Of a stretch of DNA of 64,000 nt, positions 48,920-57,924 are shown piece by piece. This stretch comes from Moorena producens (lineage in GTDB: Bacteria > Cyanobacteriota > Cyanobacteriia > Cyanobacteriales > Coleofasciculaceae), in assembly GCF_965240435.1 (NCBI RefSeq), contig NZ_CBDEKO010000003.1; one strand, given 5' to 3'. The position numbers and the translations under genes are program-made. Numbering within the stretch: position 1 is the first letter of the stretch; the number at the start of each line of letters is the position of its first letter. Below the pieces are notes generated by a model. That model worked only from the letters and a program-made list of their open reading frames with translations. It did not search any database and was not told the DNA's origin.

Positions 48920-50275
48920 ATGTTGTCTGACTTTTGCTTGTTTATCCGCCATGCTCGTATTCTATTGCCCTCTGGTGAATTTTTACTGGGGGATATCCAC
49001 ACCTGCGGTCGAAGGATTGTTCAGGTTGCCCCAGACATCCCAGTGCCAACGGACGTTACGGCATATAAAGAAATAGACGCTACTGGCTTAACTTTGTTGC
49101 CAGGGGTAATTGATCCCCAAGTCCATTTTCGGGAACCAGGTCTAGAACATAAGGAAGACTTATTTACTGCCAGTTGTGCCTGTGCCAAGGGTGGAGTGAC
49201 GTCCTTTTTAGAGATGCCGAATACTCGTCCTCCGACGACAACCCAAGCCCCACTGGATGACAAGCTCAAGCGAGCGGCAGATAAGTGTTTAGTTAATTAT
49301 GGCTTTTTTATCGGTGCAACACCAGCAAATCAGCCAGATTTGCACAATGCCCAGCCGACTTGTGGGATTAAAATATTCATGGGTTCAAGTCATGGTGCAT
49401 TATTGGTAGATCATGAAGCAGTGATAGAACCAATTTTTGCTGAAGGTTTTAGCGGAGGTTCTCGGAAGTACAATCGCTTAATTGCAGTACACGCTGAAGA
49501 CCAAGCTAGAATTAATCAGCGACGTAAGGAATTTGCTGGAATTACTGACCCTGCTGTTCACTCTAAGATTCAGGACAATCAAGCTGCTCTTAATGCCACC
49601 AAGTTAGCCCTGAAGTTGTCTAAAAAATATCAGCGGCGGTTGCATATCTTGCACCTATCCACCGCTGAAGAAGCTGAATTGCTTAGGGAAGACAAACCTA
49701 CCTGGGTGACGGCGGAAGTGACTCCCCAGCACTTATTACTAAATACCGATGCCTATGCAGAGATTGGTACCCTGGCACAGATGAATCCGCCTTTGCGCTC
49801 CCACCATGACAACGAAGTTCTTTGGCAAGCTCTACTCGATGGCGTGATCGATTTTATCGCCACAGACCATGCTCCTCATACCTTGGAGGAAAAAGCGAAA
49901 GGTTACCCCCACACTCCTTCGGGAATGCCTGGAGTAGAAACATCTCTGCCACTGATGCTGACTCAAGCCATAGAGGGACGGTGTAGTGTGCCTCAAGTAT
50001 CTGACTGGATGTCTACAGCAGTTGCTAAGGCCTATGGAATTCCTAACAAAGGTGCGATCGCTCCTGGCTATGATGCGGATTTGGTACTGGTAGATTTGGA
50101 AAATTACCACCCAGTGTTACGGGAAGAACTTTTAAGCAAATGCGGCTGGAGTCCTTTTGAAGGTTGGAACTTAACCGGATGGCCAGTGATGACCATTGTT
50201 GGTGGTCAAGTAGTCTACGACAGAGGAAAATTGAACACAGAAGTGCGAGGTGAAGCTTTAACTTTTACCAGTTAA
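48920..50275 (+). CDS. Dihydroorotase/allantoinase-family amidohydrolase (type I DHOase-like)
   Basis: ORF track 451 aa. IDPQVHFREPG (Q in place of the first His). A K in GIKIFMG. HAED and DHAPH motifs. Confidence 0.65.
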   Translation: MLSDFCLFIRHARILLPSGEFLLGDIHTCGRRIVQVAPDIPVPTDVTAYKEIDATGLTLLPGVIDPQVHFREPGLEHKEDLFTASCACAKGGVTSFLEMPNTRPPTTTQAPLDDKLKRAADKCLVNYGFFIGATPANQPDLHNAQPTCGIKIFMGSSHGALLVDHEAVIEPIFAEGFSGGSRKYNRLIAVHAEDQARINQRRKEFAGITDPAVHSKIQDNQAALNATKLALKLSKKYQRRLHILHLSTAEEAELLREDKPTWVTAEVTPQHLLLNTDAYAEIGTLAQMNPPLRSHHDNEVLWQALLDGVIDFIATDHAPHTLEEKAKGYPHTPSGMPGVETSLPLMLTQAIEGRCSVPQVSDWMSTAVAKAYGIPNKGAIAPGYDADLVLVDLENYHPVLREELLSKCGWSPFEGWNLTGWPVMTIVGGQVVYDRGKLNTEVRGEALTFTS

Positions 50276-50340
50276 ACAGTATAGAATTTAACTATAGGAA
50301 ATAATAATAGGATTTAATAGGTAGTGGGAAAAAATTAAAG

Positions 50341-50361
50341 TTGACCCAAATTTTTGGTCAA
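50341..50361. terminator. Candidate bidirectional terminator hairpin between the convergent DHOase and tsaE genes
   Basis: ttgacccaaa-ttt-ttggtcaa inverted repeat flanked by A/T runs. Confidence 0.35.
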
Positions 50362-50384
50362 CCTCAATCCCACTAACCTTTTAG

Positions 50385-50879
50385 CTACTCTACACTAGAC
50401 GCCAAGGGCGAACAACCAGATAACCTATCCAACAGCCAAGTTAAATCAAACTGACCGTTACAGGTGAATTGAGCCTGACGTCCACCGTTCTGGCAATAGG
50501 TTAGTGTCAGATGTAGATAACTGGGTGGCAAATAGTGTAGACGTTCAGCCCACTCGATTGCCACAATTCCCGGAGCAACCTCAATTGCCTCCCAGTAGTG
50601 TTCTGGGTTTAATGACTCTACTTCTGAGGTGGATAAGCGGTACAAATCGAGGTGATACAGGGGGATACGTCCCTCTGTATACTCATTGATCAGAGTAAAG
50701 GTGGGACTAACAATGGCATCAGTAATGCCTAGTCCCTCACCAATACCCTGAACTAGGGTTGTTTTGCCAGCCCCTAAGTCTCCCTCCAACAAAATGATGC
50801 TACTAGCTGGCAGAGATTTACCCAATTCCACACCTAGCGATCGCGTTGCTTTAGCATCAGCTAGAAAAATTTTTGTCAT
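50385..50879 (-). CDS. tsaE: tRNA threonylcarbamoyladenosine biosynthesis protein TsaE
   Basis: ORF track 164 aa. Walker A GDLGAGKTT and an SPTFT motif. Confidence 0.85.
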   Translation of the reverse strand: MTKIFLADAKATRSLGVELGKSLPASSIILLEGDLGAGKTTLVQGIGEGLGITDAIVSPTFTLINEYTEGRIPLYHLDLYRLSTSEVESLNPEHYWEAIEVAPGIVAIEWAERLHYLPPSYLHLTLTYCQNGGRQAQFTCNGQFDLTWLLDRLSGCSPLASSVE

Positions 50880-50976
50880 TAGTTATTTAGCAATAGAGTA
50901 CCTCGAATAATGGTTATTCTGAGTTAATATCTCAGCTTTTATTTTCCTTTAAAAATTTTCCTCGCACTCACCTTAT

Positions 50977-52425
50977 CTAAGCATGTGCTCGACTATACCA
51001 TCGTAATAAAACCCGTGCCAGCCTTTCCGAATTGTGCCGCACTAAATGAGTTTCCTCATCTTCATACATTACATTGGTCACCACAATCCGACGCCCTAAT
51101 TTAGAAGTTTCTTCTCGATCCAGAAAAACTGGATGAGACTTAACTTGAGCATACTTAATTAGTGACCCAGCTGAGGGGTATTTTCGATTCACCAGTACCG
51201 CGTTAAATAGCCTTTTTCCACAGGCTTCATCAATAGTTTTGATATGGTCAGAGACACTATATCCATCAGTTTCTCCTGGCTGGGTCATGATATTACAAAC
51301 GTAGATGCGGGGTATCAAGCGAGCTGCGATCGCATCGGTAATTTCTGGCACCAACAGATTGGGAATAATGCTGGTATAGAGGCTACCGGGTCCTATTATA
51401 ATATAATCAGCTTGCTGAATTGCCTTGAGTGCTGCTGGTAAAGCAGGTGGATGTTCGGGAGTACAACCAATTTTTTTGATCACTCCCCGAGCCTCAGTAA
51501 TATTAGACTCTCCTTCGATGCGACGTCCATCAGCTAATTCAGCCCAAAGGCTAACATCAGTTAGGGTAGCTGGCAAGACTCTTCCTCGCACTGCTAATAC
51601 CTGAGAACTAGCAGCAACAGCTTGTTCTAGATCGCCAGTAATATCACTCATTGCGGTCAGGAAAAGGTTTCCAAAACTGTGACCGACTAAACCACTACCA
51701 GCTCGAAAACGGTATTCAAACAGTTCGGTTAACAACTTTTCTTGGTCTGCCAGTGCTGTTAAACAGTGACGAATATCCCCCGGTGGTAACACTCCAATTT
51801 CCCGTCGCAATCGTCCACTGGAACCCCCATCATCAGCTACCGTAACAATAGCAGTGATATTAGCACTATAAACCTTTAGTCCTCTAAGTAAGCTAGAAAG
51901 ACCAGTGCCACCCCCAATGACTACAATTTTCGGTCCCCGGTTTAACCGACGATGATCCATCAGCACATCAATCAGTTTTCGATCGTGGTCGGGTTTTAAA
52001 ACTTCCGTAATTGATCCTACCGTCCGGGTTTGCCCCCAGAAGATAAAAAGCAGACCCAAGATCAGCGCAATTGGACCAGAGACATGGTTAGGAATAATGG
52101 TGGTAATTTTCTCTAAAACTTGCGCTGTGAATTTAATGATGTAAAAAACTGGAGTCAGCTTTACCCAAATCGCTAATCCCAAACTTGTTAGCACTACACC
52201 ACCAGCACTTAAAAGTATCCAACGCTTCACCAGTAATCCAGGGGCTAACCACTTAAACCAACGGTTGACCCGCTGAGGAATTCGACCTCTCGATTCATTT
52301 TGTAGGGTACGTAGAGCTCTTTTGAAAAGACTGATTGAGGACATAACTACACTGAGTATGGTAAGTACAAAAGCTGGATAGACATTGCTGGTCGAACTCC
52401 AGCACTTGACAAGGAGGCGATGCAT
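50977..52425 (-). CDS. YvcK/CofD-like (UPF0052, gluconeogenesis-factor family) protein with N-terminal TM extension
   Basis: ORF track 482 aa. [18 protein letters not shown] and [14 protein letters not shown] signatures. The true start may be an internal Met. Confidence 0.75.
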   Translation of the reverse strand: MHRLLVKCWSSTSNVYPAFVLTILSVVMSSISLFKRALRTLQNESRGRIPQRVNRWFKWLAPGLLVKRWILLSAGGVVLTSLGLAIWVKLTPVFYIIKFTAQVLEKITTIIPNHVSGPIALILGLLFIFWGQTRTVGSITEVLKPDHDRKLIDVLMDHRRLNRGPKIVVIGGGTGLSSLLRGLKVYSANITAIVTVADDGGSSGRLRREIGVLPPGDIRHCLTALADQEKLLTELFEYRFRAGSGLVGHSFGNLFLTAMSDITGDLEQAVAASSQVLAVRGRVLPATLTDVSLWAELADGRRIEGESNITEARGVIKKIGCTPEHPPALPAALKAIQQADYIIIGPGSLYTSIIPNLLVPEITDAIAARLIPRIYVCNIMTQPGETDGYSVSDHIKTIDEACGKRLFNAVLVNRKYPSAGSLIKYAQVKSHPVFLDREETSKLGRRIVVTNVMYEDEETHLVRHNSERLARVLLRWYSRAHA

Positions 52426-52984
52426 GTAGTGAGGAACGGCTAAGGCTCCGGAAGTGCCTGTCAGATTGGTACTTTCTTTGCCTAATCAAACCTTCGTGTA
52501 AAAAGCGCGTGATTCACATAGCCGCTCACCCTTCAGGTATAGCGGTTTCCATTGATATTACTGATCAAGGTGCGCGCCTTAAGCGGGCGAATAAATCGCC
52601 CTTGGGTCGCACCTCAATGGTGAATTCACTATGAAGCTGGTAATGATCACGACAGTTTCAGATAATTAGGCTAAGGTGTGATTAATACAATATCCGGTAC
52701 CTAGACGTTATGATCAGAATTTACCCGTGGATATGCTGAAAGTGGTGAGATCGGTTGAGTTGCCATTTAGGGTATGAGAGTAGTCGCTTAACCCAAAAAA
52801 ATAAGGGGTGAAACAGAATAATCCCAAGTAGTCAGCTATGCCAAACTTCTGTTGTGATTCTCGTATTTGGTGTAGCTGGTCAGAGCTCTTGACTTAATGC
52901 TGTGCGCTAGCCTAGGTACTAGGGCTGATAGCACTAACACCATTAACCTAATCTAGTGATTAGACTGGAAAGGGATTAACTGTA

Positions 52985-53551
52985 GTGAGCCAGATGGAAA
53001 AGCGAATTTTGGGAATTGACCCAGGACTAGCTACTTTAGGTTTTGGCGCAATTAGTTGCCAAACAACCCAAATTAGTAAGTTAGGAAAAACAGAAGGCTC
53101 CTTAGGAGTGCCAAAGCGTTCTAGCCAGTCACCAATACAGGCAACCCCTGAACCATTGCAGTTGATAGATTTTGGTATCATCCAAACCCCTGCCAAGACT
53201 GATTACGGCTCACGACTGTGTACGATTTACGAGGATTTACACACCCTGCTTGAACACTGCCAACCGGATCTGGTAGCGATTGAAAAACTTTTTTTCTACC
53301 GTATGAGTACTACGATCTCCGTAGCTCAGGCACGGGGTGTTGTGGTATTAGTAACAGCACAACATGGAGTTCCAATGGTAGAGTTTACACCGGGTCAGAT
53401 TAAACAGGCAATGACCGGATATGGTAATGCCGATAAATATGACGTTCAGCAGGCTGTTATGCGGGAGTTAAATTTAGACACCATCCCCAAACCAGATGAT
53501 TTAGCAGATGCCTTGGCAGTCGCATTGACCGCCTGGTTTCATATGTCTTGA
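52985..53551 (+). CDS. ruvC: Holliday junction resolvase RuvC (with internal insertion)
   Basis: [17 protein letters not shown]-terminal catalytic D. C-terminal [16 protein letters not shown]. The start is likely the ATG near 52994. Confidence 0.8.
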   Translation: MSQMEKRILGIDPGLATLGFGAISCQTTQISKLGKTEGSLGVPKRSSQSPIQATPEPLQLIDFGIIQTPAKTDYGSRLCTIYEDLHTLLEHCQPDLVAIEKLFFYRMSTTISVAQARGVVVLVTAQHGVPMVEFTPGQIKQAMTGYGNADKYDVQQAVMRELNLDTIPKPDDLADALAVALTAWFHMS

Positions 53552-53560
53552 ACACTTTAC

Positions 53561-53895
53561 TATATCTGTGAACTCTATTTGTGAACTTTATTTGTGAACT
53601 CTATTTGTGAACTTTATTTGTGAACTCTATTTGTGAACTCTATCTGTAAATTATATCTGTAAATTATATCTGTAAATTATATCTGTAAATTATATAGCAA
53701 TACTAAATCAGTTTTAAAATTTGCAAACTATTTAATCCTTGCTGGGCAAGGGTTATAGCGATTAAGCGATCGCGCAGCGTGGCCTACGGCCACAGCCGAC
53801 GCGATCGCGTTCGATAAGGGCACTATATTTTTGAAATCATTTAGAACTGCTATATCTGTGAACTATATCTGTGAACTATATCTGTGAACTATACC
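53561..53895. repeat. 13-bp tandem iteron-like arrays flanking a GC-rich palindromic core
   Basis: (c/t)tatttgtgaact x6 and tatatctgtaaat x4 at 53561-53697. Core gcgatcgcgcagcgtggcctacggccacagccgacgcgatcgc. ctatatctgtgaa x3 at 53846-53895. Confidence 0.8.
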
Positions 53896-54024
53896 GATAG
53901 CAAAGCAATAAACTTAATCATATTTATATATGTAATATTAAAAACCAGTGTCAGCTTTCGGTGTTGCCAGTTTGACCTGAATTTTCTCTAGGTAATAAGT
54001 TAAATTAACCCATGACAAGCAACG

Positions 54025-55089
54025 GTGTATTCAACCCTTGAGCAAAAATATCGACGTCTTCGCCAAGAGCTGATTGCCGGTGCGATCACTCTCGGGGGTG
54101 TATTTCTGATTGGAACTCTGTGGTATCGGGTGGTTGAAGGCTGGGGCTGGTTGGATTCAGCCTACATGACGGTAATCACGCTTTCGACAGTGGGCTATCA
54201 AGAAGTACGGCCGATGGGAGATCGGGCAAGACTATTCAGCATTTCTCTGATTTTTATGGGCATTATTAGTATCGGTTACATTCTTAACCGGTTTACAGAA
54301 GCCCTAATTCAAGGCTACTTTCAAGATGGAATTCGCATGAGGCAACAGAAGCGCTTGCTAGATAGTTTGACGAAACACTACATTTTGTGTGGGTTTGGAC
54401 GGACTGGGCGTCAGATTGCTGTAGAATTTAAGGCTGAGGGAATCCCATTTGTGACAATTGACTCCCGATTGGAACAGGTTCAAGCTGTCCAGGATATGGG
54501 TTGTATTTCTGTACACGGAGATGCCACCTTGGATGAAACTCTGCTAAATGTGGGGATTGAACGGGCAATTTGTCTGGTGGCTGCCCTGCCCTCAGATGCC
54601 GAAAATCTCTATATTATCTTGTCTGCCAAAACCCTCAATCCCCGAATTCGAGCCATCGCTCGTGCTAGCTCTGAAGAAGCTGTTCAAAAATTGCAGCGAG
54701 CTGGTGCAGATGCTGTAGTTTCTCCCTACATCACTGGTGGTAGACGCTTGGCAGCTGCAGCCCTTAGACCCCAAGTCATGGATTTTGTGGATGGGATTCT
54801 AACCGGAACTGATAGCTCTTTTTATATGGAAGAGTTTCTGCTAGACCCCGAAACCTGTCCTTGTGTGGGCAAAACCCTCAGGGAAGCCCGACTGCGATCG
54901 CAAACTGGTGCTATGGTCCTAGCAATTCGCCGGGATTCCGGTCGTCTGATTGCTGGACCAGACGGTGACACTAAACTCATGTCACGAGACCTACTGATTT
55001 GTATGGGCACAGCTGATCAGTTGCGTGAGCTAAACCAGATTCTCGGTCCAATCCGTTCGAACTTGCTACGACTGCCCAAGCCCAAATAG
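54025..55089 (+). CDS. 2-TM ion channel (Ion_trans_2-like pore) with RCK TrkA-N and TrkA-C domains
   Basis: ORF track 354 aa. Pore region LSTVGYQEV (non-canonical filter). TrkA-N ILCGFGRTGRQIA. C-terminal TrkA-C-like domain. Confidence 0.7.
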   Translation: MYSTLEQKYRRLRQELIAGAITLGGVFLIGTLWYRVVEGWGWLDSAYMTVITLSTVGYQEVRPMGDRARLFSISLIFMGIISIGYILNRFTEALIQGYFQDGIRMRQQKRLLDSLTKHYILCGFGRTGRQIAVEFKAEGIPFVTIDSRLEQVQAVQDMGCISVHGDATLDETLLNVGIERAICLVAALPSDAENLYIILSAKTLNPRIRAIARASSEEAVQKLQRAGADAVVSPYITGGRRLAAAALRPQVMDFVDGILTGTDSSFYMEEFLLDPETCPCVGKTLREARLRSQTGAMVLAIRRDSGRLIAGPDGDTKLMSRDLLICMGTADQLRELNQILGPIRSNLLRLPKPK

Positions 55090-55255
55090 ATCTTGGGCTT
55101 AGAAAGTCAGTATGCAGAATGTAGAATGCGCGAATTTAGAATGCAGAATGTACAATGAATGTATAATTCTCAATTCTTAACAATTAATTATTAATTATTA
55201 ATTATTAATTCTTAATTCTTAATTCTTAATTCTTAATTCTTAATTCTCATTTGAT

Positions 55256-55462
55256 CTAATTAAGTTTCAAGGTATTAACGGGCACTTCATCCCAAGACTT
55301 AACTGTGCGTAATCGGGCAACCCAACCCGCTGCTTTTTGCTGATCAGTCAAGTTATTCTGAAACGACTCGTGGCAATCCCTCGCCTGCTCTTCGTTGCAA
55401 GTGGCAATACAAGAGTATAGAAGACCCGATGGATCAATCTGCTCGTTTACCCAAATAGTCAT
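55256..55462 (-). CDS. Hypothetical small protein
   Basis: ORF track 68 aa. No motif. Preceded by AT-rich (ttaattc)n repeats at 55170-55250. Confidence 0.3.
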   Translation of the reverse strand: MTIWVNEQIDPSGLLYSCIATCNEEQARDCHESFQNNLTDQQKAAGWVARLRTVKSWDEVPVNTLKLN

Positions 55463-55583
55463 TAGTGATTTTATTAATATAAACCAATATGTAAATTACC
55501 CTATGTCATTTTTGCCGTTCACCTGCAACTAGATGTTTAGGGTCGCAGCTGTATATACCTCGTAGTATAGCATTTGAGCAACA

Positions 55584-56087
55584 TTAGTCAGTCGAAGCCG
55601 GATCAGTATACTCAGCTAGCTGATTGAGAGCCGTCCCAGTGACTCGACAAATTCTCCAGTCTGGCAATACTGCTGCTCCCATATGTTCATAAAATGCCAT
55701 CGCAGGTTCATTCCAATCCAGTACACTCCATTCTAAACGCCCATAGCCACGCTCCACTGCTAGCTGAGCCAGGTAACTGAGTATGGCTTTACCGATACCT
55801 TGGCGGCGAAATTCCGGTAATACAAATAAATCTTCTAGATAAATTCCCGGCTTAGTTAGAAATGTGGAATAGTTGTGAAAAAACAGTGCAAATCCCACCC
55901 CTTGACCACCCTGTTCAACGATAATCGCCTCTACATAGGGTTTAGCGCCAAACAGGTGTTCTTTCAGGTCATCAGCATTGCCAGTGACAGCGTCGGAGAG
56001 TTTTTCATACTCTGCTAGAGCCTTAATCAAATTAAACAGAATCGCTACATCAGCTTCTGTGGCTGGTCTTAAGGTAAACTTACCCAT
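55584..56087 (-). CDS. GNAT family N-acetyltransferase
   Basis: ORF track 167 aa. Acetyl-CoA-binding motif A RRQGIGKAIL. Confidence 0.8.
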   Translation of the reverse strand: MGKFTLRPATEADVAILFNLIKALAEYEKLSDAVTGNADDLKEHLFGAKPYVEAIIVEQGGQGVGFALFFHNYSTFLTKPGIYLEDLFVLPEFRRQGIGKAILSYLAQLAVERGYGRLEWSVLDWNEPAMAFYEHMGAAVLPDWRICRVTGTALNQLAEYTDPASTD

Positions 56088-56333
56088 AGTGCTGGCAAAG
56101 GGATAATCAAAAAGACAATTTGATTAATTATCATATCCCTTCTTAGGTAATGGGTAATGGGTAATGGGTAATTGACAATTACTTATTACCCATTATTCTG
56201 TTCAAATAATCTCTGGATGATTTAACTAAAGATTATTTACCCAGAGATTATTTGGTAACTAATTAACCGGAATTACCTGATTTCGGCATAACCTTTATCT
56301 AGAATTCAGGAGCTTCAATTAAGCCCTACTGCA

Positions 56334-57533
56334 CTAGTTCAACCAGTCTCTAAGCCGTCGAGCCACTTGGGGACGGCGTAGCTTACGCATGGCCTTGCTT
56401 TGAATCTGACGCACCCGTTCCCGAGAGAGATTGAACATGCCTCCTACTTCTTCTAGGGTGTAGGGTTCACTGCTGGCTAAACCATACCGTAAAGAAATCA
56501 CATCTTTTTCCCGCTCAGTCAGGACATCACTCAGAACTTCCCAAATCTCCTGGCGCATCATGGATTCATTCATCTTATCTTCGGGCAACCGTAGATCATT
56601 GTCTTCGAGCAAATCCATCAGTTCTGTGTCTTCCCCTTTACCAACTCTGTGATTCAAAGAAAGGGAACGCCTACGCAATTCTAGTAACTGACGCAAATGG
56701 GAGGGGGAAATTTCTAGCGCTTGAGCAAGTTCTATTTCATTAGGATTGCGCTGCAGTTGTTGTTTAAGTTCCCGCTGAGCTTTTTTAAGTTTATTGAGCT
56801 TTTCTACAATGTGGATTGGTAGACGAATAGTTCGGGCATCATTGGCAATAGTACGAGTAATGGCCTGACGAATCCACCAATAAGCATAGGTAGAAAACTT
56901 GTAACCCTTATCTGGGTCAAACTTTTCCGCTGCTCGGTTTAAGCCCAACGCACCTTCTTGAATCAAATCTAGAAATGGTACACCCCGATTAATATATCGT
57001 TTAGCAATTGAAACCACTAAGCGCAAGTTCGAGCGAATCATCTTGCGTTTTGCCACACGACCGCGATATAAATTCCCCTCCAACTGACGTTCTGTCATCT
57101 CGACCCCTGCAGCTACCTCAGCCTTGGTCGGTTTACGGTCTAATTTTTCCTGTAAGCTGTTCCGGAGTTGCTCGATTTCTACTAGGAACTTAACCCGACG
57201 GGCTAAATCTACCTCTTCGTCTGGCTTGAGCAATGGGTAACGAGCCATTTCCTTAAAGAATGCACCCACCGTGTCATCAGAGCCGCTTTTCCGGAAATTA
57301 TGGGAAGTAGAGACCACTAGTTCATCGTCTTCGGTGAATTCGACGGCTACACGCTGTAAATCAGTTTCCTCTGGCTCAATGTGATCACTAACAAAAAAAT
57401 CTTTCTCTTCCGTAGAAGGCATTGTATGAGTCTGGTTTAATTCTGTAATATTCATAGGGATGTGTGAGTTGCAAGTGTATTTTAAGTTTGTTAAAACCGT
57501 TGCCGTGAGGGGTTGAGGCTGTCTGTTGCTCAA
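56334..57533 (-). CDS. Group 2 sigma-70 (RpoD-family) sigma factor
   Basis: ORF track 399 aa. Region 2 DLIQEGALGLNRAAEKFDPDKGYKFSTYAYWWIRQAI, region 3, and a region 4 HTH (YTLEEVGGMFNLSRERVRQIQSKAMRKLR). Diverges from principal SigA at conserved positions. Confidence 0.85.
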   Translation of the reverse strand: MSNRQPQPLTATVLTNLKYTCNSHIPMNITELNQTHTMPSTEEKDFFVSDHIEPEETDLQRVAVEFTEDDELVVSTSHNFRKSGSDDTVGAFFKEMARYPLLKPDEEVDLARRVKFLVEIEQLRNSLQEKLDRKPTKAEVAAGVEMTERQLEGNLYRGRVAKRKMIRSNLRLVVSIAKRYINRGVPFLDLIQEGALGLNRAAEKFDPDKGYKFSTYAYWWIRQAITRTIANDARTIRLPIHIVEKLNKLKKAQRELKQQLQRNPNEIELAQALEISPSHLRQLLELRRRSLSLNHRVGKGEDTELMDLLEDNDLRLPEDKMNESMMRQEIWEVLSDVLTEREKDVISLRYGLASSEPYTLEEVGGMFNLSRERVRQIQSKAMRKLRRPQVARRLRDWLN

Positions 57534-57924
57534 AATTGGCCTTTAAAGAGAAATCTGTTATCAAAAATGGGTGTTGTTGGTTTCACAAAGAACTTAATAC
57601 TCTAGACAGAGCAGCTAAAACACGCTCCAAACCCTCAAATATCAGTGACCCAACCTGCTTCAAGTAGTTTATGTGTGATTGACGTGATTATAAATTAATG
57701 ATTTTAAGCTTACCAGAAGCAGTTTGGCTAGTTGTATCTGTAATTACGAAATGTTTAATTACATAGATTTTAGTTACAGTCTAGGGTGAAAGCAGGAGAG
57801 ATAATTCTCTTACCATTGCTTTTATTATTTATTTTGACTCTGGAAACAGGATCTCACATATTTTAGAATTTTCCTATCTATCAATAGTGATAGAATAGGA
57901 GCCTTCCCAAACCAAAGCTGCCCT

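Noticed and set aside
52440-52984. 545-bp non-coding region upstream of ruvC as a housekeeping RNA (RNase P RNA or tmRNA)
   Set aside because: I looked for the P4 GGAAAGTCCGGGCTCC / GGTGCGGTAAGAGCGCACC motifs and for the tRNA-like tmRNA 3' end on both strands and found none. Only a weak AAGGGGTGAAAC resemblance is present.
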